The notes beneath the pieces were generated by a model. The model made no database searches. It had not been told where the DNA came from and saw only the letters and a list, made by a program, of their open reading frames with translations. The translations under genes and the position numbers were made by a program. A DNA stretch of 64,000 nucleotides from Eledone cirrhosa (lineage: Eukaryota): assembly GCA_964016885.1 (NCBI GenBank), contig OZ024741.1:158720001-158784000 (forward strand). The letters run 5' to 3'. Below are positions 1 to 12,121 of this stretch, one piece after another (positions within the stretch are counted from its first letter, which is position 1; every line of letters starts with the position of its first letter).

Positions 1-294
1 CATGTGTGCGTATGTATAGCATGTATATATATATACATATATATATAACATATATATGTATATGTATATATATGTGTGTATATATATATATGTGTGTGTG
101 TATATATATATCCACATACACTCTTAAAAATAGTTATACTCATATATATGTGCGTGTATGTATGTTGATCACTACTAATTATAAAAAAAAATACATGGCA
201 ATTTTGACATTTCCTTAAATAATGTAGGAATGTGAGAGAAAGTTAATGTGAAGCTTACTGTCTCCCAATCTTACACTGACACTCTCTGGCACCT

Positions 295-710
295 GACCTC
301 ATATGATGTTGTTACGACAGACCACTTCATCTCACATCATAGACATATGATGTTGCTAAAACAGACCATTTTACCTCATATCAAAGGCATACAATTTTGT
401 TAAGATGGAGCACTTCATCTTACATCATAGACATATGATGTTGCTAAAACAGACCACTTTACCTCACATCATACACATACAATGTTGTTAAGACGGACTA
501 CTTCATCTCACATCATAGATATATGAGGTTGCTAAGACTGAACACTTCACTTCACATCATAGACATATGTTTTTGTTAAGATGGACCACTTTACTTCACA
601 TTATAGTATATGTTATTAATATGATGAACCACCTCACATCATAGACATGTTGTTAAGCTGTAGTACTTCATCTCACATCATAGTACATATGTTATTATCT
701 AGATGGAACT
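295..710. repeat. Degenerate ~43-bp minisatellite (~9-10 copies)
   Basis: Recurring unit approx. CACTTCATCTCACATCATAGACATATGATGTTGCTAAGACGGAC. Confidence 0.85.
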
Positions 711-713
711 TAA

Positions 714-1155
714 GGTGGTGGATTGACAGAATTGGTAGAGCATTGGATAAACTGCCATTGTATTATTTCTTTTGGCCCTTTACATTCTGAATTGAAATCC
801 CACCAAAGTCGTCCTTTCCTAACATCCTTCCAGCATTAATAAAATGAAATACCAGTCAAGTACTGGGATTGATTTAACCCTTTAGCATTCAAACTGGCCA
901 TGTCCAGCCAGAATTCTCTCATATCTCTCTGTTCAAACTGGTCATAATTAGCTGCTCATACCGATGTTAAGGTATTGTTCTCAAAATAGATAACATCAAA
1001 ATCACGTAGATCCAATATTATGTGAGATATTTTGTGAGGTAAAGACTTTACCATGAAAATACAATAGTATATATAGAGTAATGTAAATGCTAAAGGGTTA
1101 ATCTACTTTGCCCATCCCCCAAATTTGCTGGCTTTATGTCTAAATAAGAAATCAA
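714..1155 (+). mobile_element. Old tRNA-type SINE interrupted by a TTAA MITE
   Basis: Matches the SINE family at 39354 and 51281; split at gatTTAAtc by the 878-1097 insertion. Confidence 0.7.
878..1097. mobile_element. piggyBac-like MITE (CCCTTTAGCATT TIR, TTAA TSD)
   Basis: ttaa|ccctttagcatt ... aatgctaaaggg|ttaa; related copies near 6956-7183, 26562-26888, 37761-37990, 53681-53908, 57568-57801. Confidence 0.8.
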
Positions 1156-1493
1156 TAAGGTCATGGATTGGCAATATCAGCAGAAGTTATAACTTCCTTT
1201 GTTCTGATTTCAAATCCCACTGACGTTAACCTTTCCTTTCATTGTTCTAGAGTCAATAACAATAATAATAATAAAACTTTAATGGTTAACATCTTCTGGA
1301 CTGAAATTGGAGACTGAAGGACTGATTTTATCAGCACAAGATCAGTGTCTACCAACAAAAAAACTATCAAACCAATAGTAATAATGAGTGAAATGATCTC
1401 TTGAGTTATTATCCAATTTATTTTGAAGAACGTTTTTTTAAAATGTTTTTTTTTTTAATTGAATTGTTATTTTTTTTTCAATTTATATGTTAG

Positions 1494-1582
1494 GTTATTC
1501 GATCACAAGTGGAAGATACTTCAACAATCAGGTGTATACAGTTGTAGGAGCTCCTGGCATTTCAACCAGTGGTGTTGGCAAG
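1494..1582 (+). CDS. Integrin alpha exon A (FG-GAP repeat)
   Basis: T-rich tract + tag acceptor; (G)YSITSGRYFNNQVYTVVGAPGISTSGVGK; donor AAG|gtaagg; phase 1 to 0. Confidence 0.92.
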
Positions 1583-1694
1583 GTAAGGCTTCAGAAATTA
1601 GTTCAACCTTTATTTTATTGAATCCTAAGAGAACTACACAAGTCAGCGGGGAGATTGTTCATTTATATTTTAATTTATTTTCATAAGATGATAC

Positions 1695-2130
1695 ACTTAA
1701 AGCAATGAAACCAGGTTAAGCTCCTGGGCTTGATGGCCTAAGTATAGACCTATGGAAACCACCCAAAGCTTGTGTGTTCTAAGAGACTTCTGCATGGAAA
1801 CCTTTCAAGGGCACAAGCCTGAGGAATGGGGAATATCAGAAATAGTGCAAGTACCCAAGAAAGGTGACTTTGCCATCTGTATCAACTATAGAGGTATTAG
1901 TCTTATGCAAAATGCAGCAAAGACTTACAATATGATGATCTTGAATAGAATCAGACCATATATTGACAACATTCTACATTCCTGCCAAAATGGATTTTGG
2001 TAATTTCACTCAACTACCCAACACACCTTGACTCTAAGAAGGATTGTTGAGGAGGTTCAGAATCACAAGAAGGAGACAACAATTGTATTCATAGATTTCA
2101 AGAAGGCTTTTGATTCAGTTAATGGAAAAA
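1695..2130 (+). pseudogene. Degraded non-LTR reverse transcriptase fragment (RTE-like)
   Basis: VPKKGD..NYRGISL..NRIRPYID..QNGF and FIDFKKAFDSV motifs, interrupted by stops/frameshift. Confidence 0.85.
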
Positions 2131-3149
2131 AGGTGCTTAATGTAAAAAAGATGCTCCTGAAAAGAAAGGAGTCTTTAGTAGAAATTAGTGGGTTTTTACT
2201 CATAGAATAATGTCTCCATTTAAAGCCTAAAAGGTTATTGCTATCCCCAGTCAAATGTACATGGTCAGTTTTAGCTGAGAGAGAGAGAGAGTGTGTAGGT
2301 TTTAACTATTTCATTACCATATCTCTAGTAAATGACACTACTTATAATTGTCAAGAATTTAGAGCGATTTAGTCAAAACTTCCTAATTATTAAATCAATA
2401 CTTGGATCATGACTTAACAAAACTTCATACATGAAATTGTAATGGATTGTTTCTAGATATATATAAATATTTTAGGAGTTGATTTGTATTGTAGAACCAG
2501 GGCTGGTTTCAGGTAGTTTGGTATCAAAAGGATTAGACTGAGTGACACTTTATATCTATTACCCAAGAGCAAGCATGCTAACAAACTTTCCCATATGTTC
2601 TACCTACCAAATTTCACTCAGGTGTCTTTGGTTGACCAAAAGCTATGGTAGATGACATTTGCCCAGTATAGGATCAATCAAACTTGAAACCAACATGGTC
2701 GTGAACCAAACTTCTTTAATACACTGGCCATGCCTATGCCCTTGGATGTATATGTGGGTGAGGGTAGGTGTTGATAATGCTATTAAGTGAGATATATATT
2801 CTGGAAAATATTTGGTTTGGTGGAAACTTATCTAAAATATGTAAGTGTGGAGAGAGAAAGAGTAGGGGTAGTCGGAGACTGAGAGAAAGATAACCCAAGG
2901 TGAGCAGGTACAACCTACAGAAGTTAGGCTTCTGTTTCAAAGAAGTAGACTTTAGGAAATAAATAATTTCAACACAATGTTGCTAATATAAGGCATATGG
3001 CACTGACATGAAATATATTCTAGCTTGTTAGCATCCCAACTTCTATCCACTACTTGATAGAGCAATGGTTCTTTTGGCATTTACAACTATTCCTGTGCTG
3101 GATGCCGTTATAAGATGTTTACCTTTTGTTTATCAATGCAGAACCCTGG

Positions 3150-3687
3150 ACACACACACACACACACACATATATACATATACATACACACACATATACA
3201 CATACATACACACACATACACATACATACATACATACACACACATATACACATACATGCACACTCACTCACATATGCGCATACACTTACACATACACACA
3301 CACACACACATACATATACACATACACACATGCACACTCACTCACTCACACATGCACATACACATACACATGCACACACGCACATACACGCACACATACA
3401 TACGCACACACACATACACATGCACATTCACACGCATACACACACACACACATATAAACACATACTTACACACAGGTGTATACACAAATGTGCACGCACA
3501 CACTTATGTACATTTGTACACATGAACACACACACACAAATTTAGTTACATGCGTACACACTCATATCTATACATTTATGTGTACATGTGTACACACACA
3601 CACACATTTAGCTACATATGAACACACACTCATATCCATGCATTTATGTAGGTGTACACATGCATAAGCACCCATTTATGAACATGT

Positions 3688-3726
<39 letters not shown>
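3150..3726. repeat. Compound (CA)/(TA)/(CATA) microsatellite
   Basis: Low-complexity tract; source of the His/Thr-rich spurious ORFs. Confidence 0.95.
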
Positions 3727-3729
<3 letters not shown>

Positions 3730-3949
3730 TTAAGCAACAACTACAACAACAGTCCGTTGTTAATGCTAATAAATAAGCCTGCCGGGAATGTTCTGTTTTG
3801 ACACAGACACTTTAATCTACATTAACAGTTGCAAAAGGTTTCCTGTAGTGAAGGGGGGCTGTTTGTTTTAAGTGGGGATAGGTGTGGTGGTGGTGGGGGA
3901 GGGGGGACAAAGGTATTTTGGGCTTTCTTACTCCCTTATGTTGTGACAT

Positions 3950-4425
3950 CACAACCATCTCCATCACTGCCGCTTCCACTACCAGCATCAACAACTAACA
4001 CTACAACTATCACCACCATCACCACCGCAACCATTCAATTCCACTACTATCACAGCTATCATAATACCCCTCCCACACACACACCACCACCACCACCATC
4101 CACCTTCACATCTACCATAACTACAATTATCACCACCACCACCATCATCATTATCATCGCCATTAATACCCACCATTAACCATACCAACACTATCACAAC
4201 TAATACAATCCTTATCACCACCGCTACCATCATCCACCTCCTTATCTACCATAACTAACATCATCACCACCAACAACAACAACGACATCAACAATGCCAT
4301 CATCATCCACTACACCGTCACCATTACCCACCATCCAGCTCTACCATCACCCCTACAAACACTAACACCACTACCATCACCACTCACCATCAACCTCCAC
4401 CACTCCCACAGCTACCACCCCCATC
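3950..4425. repeat. Degenerate (CAC/CAT/CAA)n trinucleotide tract
   Basis: Visible directly. Confidence 0.9.
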
Positions 4426-4447
4426 ATTTAAAAAGTGAATTGGTGAG

Positions 4448-4479
<32 letters not shown>

Positions 4480-5959
4480 GTTTTAACTACTTTCATTTAG
4501 TAACTAGTTATTCCAGCTGGGGTCTGTGTATTTATGAGAGAGGTAAGTTTTGTAGAGTTAAATAGGATAAGTACACAGCATTTTAATCACTCAATACTAT
4601 ATAGAAGTAACTAAAGGAGTATGTGCAATTTTCACTCTACTAAAGCTGACTAAGACCAAACTTTTTCAAAATAAATTACCCTTTTCTGGACACAAATTCT
4701 TTATAGGGCTTATAACTGCTAGATTATTTAGAACAAGGTAGTAAAATGCTAATTATAAATTCTTATATCATTTTTCATTCTGTTCCATGCTTTACTGTAT
4801 ATTGGGTCATTCTTAGATGATTTCAGAAGCATATTGTGCTGAGGCCAATGCCAGCTTTACCATTGTGCTTAGATATACTTAAGCACAGGGCACTGTTGAC
4901 CAGGGGGACCTATCTTGTTGCCAAAAAGATTTTTTACTTCCTTCAGGGCCCAAGTAAGGGGTCTCATAACTTAACTAGTACAGGTCCTCCTTTGTCCTAA
5001 ATCTGGCACTGGCTGATGCCTTGATAAAATGGGTTCAGTACACCCTGTAAAGTGTTAAGCAATAAGAAGAGCATCCAGCAGTAGAAATCATACCAAAATG
5101 GAATGTATCTGAGCAAGAAGCAATCTCCAGAACATATCAAGGAGGACATATCAATTAAGTTCCAATTAAATATGGCCCAGAGAACTCATGCCAACATAGA
5201 AAAGAGAATGTAAAATTATGACGATTGTATCAATTTTTCTATGCGAAGAATCCACTGCGCCCTCACTTAACCCTTCTCCATTTCTGGAGAAAGGAAGAAG
5301 GTTGAGTGACCTTCTAGGACTTTTCACATAGTGCAACGAAGCTGATGTCAACTCCAAAATTATGAGAGACAAAGTTAACTTCAGAGGGATGTCATATACT
5401 TGGGTTAATTAAATCAATTATAATCTCCTCCAATATATAACTTAATACCAATGTGAGAAAACATAATCAATATTAATATTAACTTTTAAAATCCTGTAAT
5501 GTGAAGGTGAATGGTCCAGGGGTTAACGTGTTCAACTCATGATCATACGATCATGGATTTGATTGCTGGACTGGGTAGCACATTGTGTTTCTTGAACAAG
5601 ACACTTCATTTCATGTTGCTTTTCATGATAGAACTGGCCCCTCTATCATTAAAATACTCGTGAAACCTCCTATAGCATGAAACCACATGAGCAAGACATT
5701 ATTGAAAAGAATAAAGGAGCACTATAACTGTATCACATTAAAAACTGAAGTCCTTACTTTAGTTTACTATAAATTTTCACAACAATCTGTACACTAGTAA
5801 AGTAACTATAAACATTTAAATTAACAAACCCATCTTTAGATGTTTTCTGCAAAATCGTTATAGGATGTTAAGAGTTAACGAAAAGTTATGGTAGTCAATT
5901 TTGTTAAAAGAGTTGATTCCTAATTTATTTACTGTTATGTTTTATATTTATTTCCACAG

Positions 5960-6010
5960 ATATTTTTCTACTCAGATGATATTCTCTTCCAATTTTATAC
6001 AGGTACACAA
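5960..6010 (+). CDS. Integrin alpha exon B
   Basis: tttccacag|IFFYSDDILFQFYTGTQ|gtaagt; 51 nt, phase 0 to 0; supplies the expected strand between GK and the next FG. Confidence 0.85.
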
Positions 6011-7690
6011 GTAAGTAACAATTATATACAACACTTACTTTGTCATAGAGTTACAATTTCTTCACTGTTTTTTCTAATTATTATTGTTGAATTATGTATG
6101 GACCTGTAATGCCTGATAAAGTTGTAGGGCACCATAATGACATATGGCATTTCTTGGGCATTTAAAACCTGGAGAAGTCCATCACTCTCCAAGTTTGAAC
6201 ATAGTTGCTTTCTTCGAGAGAAAGAGATAAAGAGGAAATGAGAAAGAAATATAGAGGTAGATGCGACCCTAGTACTAGACTGGTACCTTTTTTATTGACC
6301 TTAAAAGGACAAAAAAGCAAAGTTGACCTAAGTAGGATTTGAATTCAGAGTGCAGAGAGCTGGAATAAATACCACAAAGCATTCTATCCAATGTTATAAT
6401 AATTCTGTCAATTTGCCACCTATATTGATGAAGTAGCTTCGGTCATTTATGTTCAACAAGATTTCTATGACATGGAGTTAGCCAATAAAATATTTAACAA
6501 CTACCATACTCTTGCTTCTCTCACACTAAAATGTTATTCTCCTCTTTCAACTCTATGTCATTACTCCTTTTCTAATCCTCTATCTCACACATGTTTGCTT
6601 TTAAAGAACAAATACTGTATAGAATGGAAAAGTCTCCTGAGACTTGCAGCGGACAAGGTAACCTCCCTAATGTTGGTGCCATAACAAAATGCACCCAGTA
6701 CACCCTGTAAAGTGCTTGACAAATGGATGGAGACAACATAGTGTAGAAAGAACTCCTTAGTTTTGTTGACGTCATGACAACCACTTTAGTGCTGGTGCTG
6801 TTATAAAATGCACCCAATCCACTTTGTAAAGTGGTCGATATTATGAAGGACATCCAGCCATGGAAACCAAGCCAAAAATTGAAACATCGAAAGAAGACAT
6901 GGTACTCCAACCTATCTAAAAGGGGAGTAACTCTGAATAAGCATTGACTTGGACCTTAACTCTTTAGCATTTACATTCCTCTATATTTACTATTGTATTT
7001 TCGCGGTAAAGGCTTTATATCACATAATATCTCACATAATATCGCATCTATGAGATTTTGATATTATTTATTTTGAGAACAATACCGTAACATCAATATG
7101 AGTAGCTAGTTATGGCAAGTTTGAACAGAAAGCGGTGAGAGAATTCTGGCTGGATACAGCTGGTTTAAATGCCAGAGGGTTAATGACCAGTCCAACATAG
7201 AAAGTGGACATAAAGTAATAGTTTCTGATTTAGGCACAAGGCCAACAATTTGGGCAGAAGGGGAAGGTAGATTAAATCAATCCCGGTGCATTACTCGTAC
7301 TTTATTTTATTGACCTTATAAGTATAAAAGACAAAGCTAACCTCGGCAGGATTTGAAATCAGAACGTCAAGGGCCGTAAGTTTATGTTGTCCAGCACTCT
7401 ACTGATACTGCCAATCCACCATGGACATAAAATAATTGTTGTAAATGTCCAGCAATCTTGATATCAAATATAGTACATGTAGATCATAGCATCTAAACAA
7501 CATTTAACCTTAACTACCCCATCTTTTCTTGTGTTGGACATGCTGTACTAAAATGTAGGACATAACACTTGCAAAACTGTTATGGCAGATTTTTTAGGTT
7601 AAATCAACTTTTATATTGAATAGGTTGATTGATTTTCTAGAGTGAAAAATTCTTCATACATCTCTAGTCATCTAAGCAGCAGTTAGATTA

Positions 7691-9431
7691 CACCATGTAA
7701 CAAAAAAAAAATGTTTCTCTGTTCCTGGCTTGTAATCACTTTTTTGTGTTGCTTAGGTCCCAAATAAATAAAAAAGTGCTATTAAACAGTTAAAAGTTTG
7801 GGTTTGTAAAAATTCTAAGCTATTCACTAGAATTATTTGTATGCTGGATTTTACGTTGTATGTAAGTTTAATTTGCTTATGTTAAATGAATTTTTTATAT
7901 ATGTTTCAGGTTAAATTAAAATTATAAAATAAAGAGTAATACCTAAAGAAAATTATAAAAGTGCGATAAAGTATAAAATTGTTAAAAAGTGGATTAAAGA
8001 GATTTATTGATACTGGATTTTCGCACCCTGAATAAAGGGTAAGTTGTGTGTTAAGCATTTGTCTCCAGGATGAAGCAGTGGAACTTGGTCAAGGAGGAAG
8101 TGCAGGTGACAAGTCAGAGAAGTCGACATGAACCTTTCTCAGGCTTTTACACTCTTAGGGATGGCCTCTGCTTCTGCCATGACGTGCTTGGACTGTTTGA
8201 CGTTATTGGGGTGACGTTTGTGCCCAAGGAGTGGCGGCTATTTATAGACAGCTCCACCACAAGTTTGAAGGATGTCCTCCTCCACAATGGAAACAAGTTC
8301 CCAACACTGCCCCTAGCTCATTCAGTCTGCCTGAAGGAAGATTACTACAGCGTTAAAGTCCTCTTGGAAGCTCTGCAATACAACCAGTACAATTGGGAAA
8401 TCATTGGAGACTTCAAGATGGTGGCTTTCCTGCTTGGACTCCAAGGAGGCTTTATCAAATTCAAATGCTTCCTCTGCCTTTGGGACAGCAGAGCTACCTC
8501 TGACCACTACAAAAGAAAGAACTGGGAGCAGCAAACAGAATTTGTAGTTGGGACCCGGAACGTCATGTGGGAGCCACTGGTTGATCCCGGGATTGTGCTC
8601 ATGCCGCCACTGTACATTAAGTTGGGGTTGATGAAGCAGTTTGTGAAGGTTCTCAACCAAGAATCAGCCGCTTTTAAGTACCTTCTTGAGTTCTTCCCCA
8701 AGTTATCTGAGGTCAAAATCAAAGGTGGAATTTTTGTTGGACCTCAGATAAAGAAGGTGTTTGAGTCTACCGAGTTCTCAATAAGCTCAATAGGTTTGAG
8801 AGAACAGCATGGAACTGTTTCAAGGCAGTTGTTAAGGGCTTCCTGGGAAACTACAGAGCTGAAAACTACCAGCAACTGGTGCAGGATCTGATAAAGGCTT
8901 TTGGCACCATGGGATGCAGGATGTCGCTTAAACTCCATATGCTGGACGCTCACCTGGAAAAATTCAAGGACAATATGGGCGCCTACTCAGAAGAACAAGG
9001 CGAACGATTCCACCAAGATGCGAACGAGATAGAGCGGAGGTACCAGGGCCACTACAATGAAAAAATGATGGGAGACTATATCTGTGGGCTAGTGCGGGAA
9101 TGCGACCTGGACTACAACCGCAAATCCAGGAAATCCAGTCATTTCTGACGTGTATAATTTGCTTTATAAGTGTTATTTGTTTTTACTTGTTTGCTTTTGA
9201 TAAGCTTGTGTAATAAAATAAATATATACTCTGTTGATTTAATTATATGAACTGATAAATAAAAAAAAAATGTGTTTATTCTTGAAAAATATGAAAATTT
9301 CGAAATATCAAACTCCTGACCACAAACCCAAACTTCTGATTAAATAATAGTGTTTTTTTTAATAATAATGGGATATAACAAACCAGGAAATGACACTTAG
9401 AATCGGGGAACAAAATATATGTTACACAGTG
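7691..9431 (+). mobile_element. Chapaev3-type (CMC superfamily) DNA transposon, internally deleted
   Basis: TTA|CACcaTGTAACA ... TGTTACAcaGTG|TTA (imperfect TIRs, 3-bp TWA TSD) enclosing a transposase remnant. Confidence 0.8.
8058..9148 (+). pseudogene. Chapaev3-type DDE transposase, N-terminally truncated, frameshifted near 8780
   Basis: WRLFIDSS, IGDFKM, CFLCLWDSR, PPL(Y)IKLGLMKQFVK, SLKLHMLDAHL, SEEQGERFHQD..ERRYQG motifs over two frames. Confidence 0.85.
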
Positions 9432-10178
9432 TTATGTTTCACTGAGGAACTCCAATAAGACTGAAACATGTTCAGAGTTGTTAACATACTGCTAAATATC
9501 TGACTCTCTCCAATGTACATTCCATATTTAATTAATTTTGATTAATCCAATATCACATTATGTCCTTGAGCAAGATACTTTATTTGCTCCAGTCCACTCA
9601 GCTGGTATGAAATGAGTTATACATATAATTCAGAGAACCAGCCATGTCACTCACTCTGTCATACTGAATTATTCAAAGAATTATATTAAAGGTACATGTG
9701 TCTGTGAAATGCTCAGCCACTTCTACGTTAAATTCACGAGCAGGCTGTTCTATTACTTAGACAACTGGAAATTTCATTGGAACCAGTGGAATTCCAACAC
9801 ACACACATACCTTTACCTAATAAAAACTCTGGAGTTATCTCCTTTTTTGTTTTTTTTTTCACAATTAGTCATTTAGAAAATGATTGTTCCCATCACTAGT
9901 GTGTAATTTTTCATCAATTAAAATTCCTTATCTTATTACATTGAGCATGTTGGTGTCTCATTTGTTATTGAGCTATTATGAGTATTTTTGTATATTGATT
10001 AGCCCCAGGTTAGCCCTGGTCAAGTACACCTATCATCAAAGGCACACCAGTCAAGCCCATCCTGTCTTTTATTCAGACAATGTATCTTGGACTATTTATA
10101 ACCTGTTTTACAGACACTGCCTTTAATTTTCAAATCATTTTGAAAAGAATCAAGAATTTGGAGGGATTTAGTAATGTA

Positions 10179-10352
10179 CTGTATTTCCCCGCGCCGAAGA
10201 CGCTTCGTCCTCAAGGATGCACCCTAATTTTGACAACCAAAAATTTGAAGAAAAAAAAGTAGTTAACAACCTTCGGCCTCTAGGATGCATGGCAGATTTT
10301 TTTTAGACGTATTTTGGGAAAAAAGTAGTGTCTTCGACACCGGGAAATACAG
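10179..10352. mobile_element. Tc1/mariner-pogo type MITE (TA TSD)
   Basis: ta|CTGTATTTCCC..CGAAGAC ... GTCTTCG..GGGAAATACAG|ta; second copy at 22032-22200. Confidence 0.8.
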
Positions 10353-11754
10353 TAACTAACTTTTTCATTATTAAACTGTGGTACTTGGAATATAACAAAG
10401 GTTCTTACATAAAATTTATCTCACAGAACTATGGATAGTTTCAGGTGGTTTGGTATAAAAAAATTGATAAAGCATTTCATTTGAGGTTGATTTAGCTGCT
10501 GTTTCCTGCAGATCAAGCAACCATGTAGACACTCATTTATATTACATATGTCAGTATTTGTAATCCAACCATACAGAATAATGTGTTTCAGGTTTTAATT
10601 AAAAAACAAAAAATAAAAGCTATTAATTATTATTTCATTACTAAGATGTTAAATTAACACATAATTATATTGGAAGATTTTAATTTAAATAGAAACACAT
10701 TAAATTAGGTGATTTTGTTTCGTAGAACTAGAGGTGAGTTGGTATCAAAGGGCTTCTAATAAAAGACAGCATTTACTTTCAAATCATTTTGAAAATAATC
10801 AAGAATTTAGAGGTTTTCTAGTTATATAACTAACTTACTTGTTATTAAGTTAGTGTTTGAAACATAAATTAACAAATGTTCTTCCATAAAATTATGATGG
10901 AAGGTTTTTAAATAAATATAAAACACTTTAAATAAAAATAAACAGCTTAGAATGATAGAACCAGGGGCAGTCTCAAACAGTTTGGTATCAAAAGGGCTAG
11001 TAACATAATGATTCTTCCAGGAGGTAATTGTTTGAGTTTCAACACATGGTCTTAAATCAAATCATTTACCAAAAAAGTACAATATTGAGATAAAATAGAT
11101 TAAAGAAAAATAATATCTTTTCTTTGTAACTATTCCTTCACTAAGTCTGTGCATTCAGTATAGAATAAGTACATTATCATCACTACTTAATATCTATTTT
11201 CCGCACTTGCATAGGTTGTCACACTCTGAGGCTAGACAGGCAAGTTAGACGACTGTGTCTTGCTCATACATTCCATTTTGGCATGGTTTCTACAATTGGA
11301 TGTTTTTCCTAAAGCCAACCACTTCACAGCATGTCCCAGGTTCATTTTCTCATGCCAGTCCTACTACCAGCTGACAGGGTGCATTTTATCATAGCTCTAG
11401 TGCTACCATTTTACACAGTGGAGGCATAGATGCATTTTATCATGGCTGTAGCACTACCACCTACTAGAGTGGACTGGGTGCATTTTATCATGACATAAAC
11501 ATTTCCACATTCAAGTGTGGGTTGAGCACATATTATTGTGGAACCAATACTATGTCATTTCAACACAAGGGCATTTAAATCCAGTATAGAGTAGATACAC
11601 CATATCCTTGTGTGTCATAAGAAGCAACTAAATAGGTTAGTACCAGGAAAGGCATCTGGCTCTAAAACACTGCTTCAAGAAGGACTACATAATGAGTATG
11701 AAGATTGTCACAGGGTTAGCTAGGCTGAATACTGTTTTAGCAGGGAAAATCATT

Positions 11755-12120
11755 ATTCCTATCATTACCATTTAACATCTATTTTCCATGCTTGCATGAG
11801 TTAGAAGGCTGTCATATTCTGAGGCTATACTGGTCAGGTGGCTATACCTTACCTGTATGCTCTGTTTTAACTTGGTTTCTACAGTTTCATGCCCTTCCTA
11901 ATGCCTCACACTTTACAGCAAGTACTGGGAACATTTTATCAGGGCTCCTGCATGACTACCTTACAAGGTGGACTGGGGGCATATTACCATGACTCTGGCA
12001 AACTTCTTTACAGTGTGAACAGGGTAGTCTTTGTCACGACTCCAGCAGAACCACTTTACAGTGTATACTGGGAGCATTTTATCATGTCTTTGGCACAACC
12101 ACTTTACGGGTGGAACAAAA
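11755..12120 (-). mobile_element. Antisense RTE 3'-tail element with diverged ~48-bp subrepeats leading into the satellite
   Basis: catcattaccatttaacatctattttccatgcttgcatg..gcccttcctaatgcc resembles the reverse complement of the RTE tail at 33900-34070; a similar copy lies at 11175-11560. Confidence 0.7.
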
Positions 12121-12121
12121 A

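Noticed and set aside
295-710. CRISPR-like appearance of the 43-bp and 48-bp arrays
   Set aside because: Units are contiguous with no unique spacers, no cas genes, eukaryotic context.
3065-4233. His/Thr/Val-rich ORFs (also near 28.6, 45.5, 49.6, 51.7, 60.6 kb)
   Set aside because: Translations of microsatellites.
9425-9431. CACAGTG identical to the V(D)J RSS heptamer, suggesting Transib/RAG transposon
   Set aside because: TSD is 3 bp (TTA) not 5 bp, no nonamer, and the transposase motifs fit Chapaev3.
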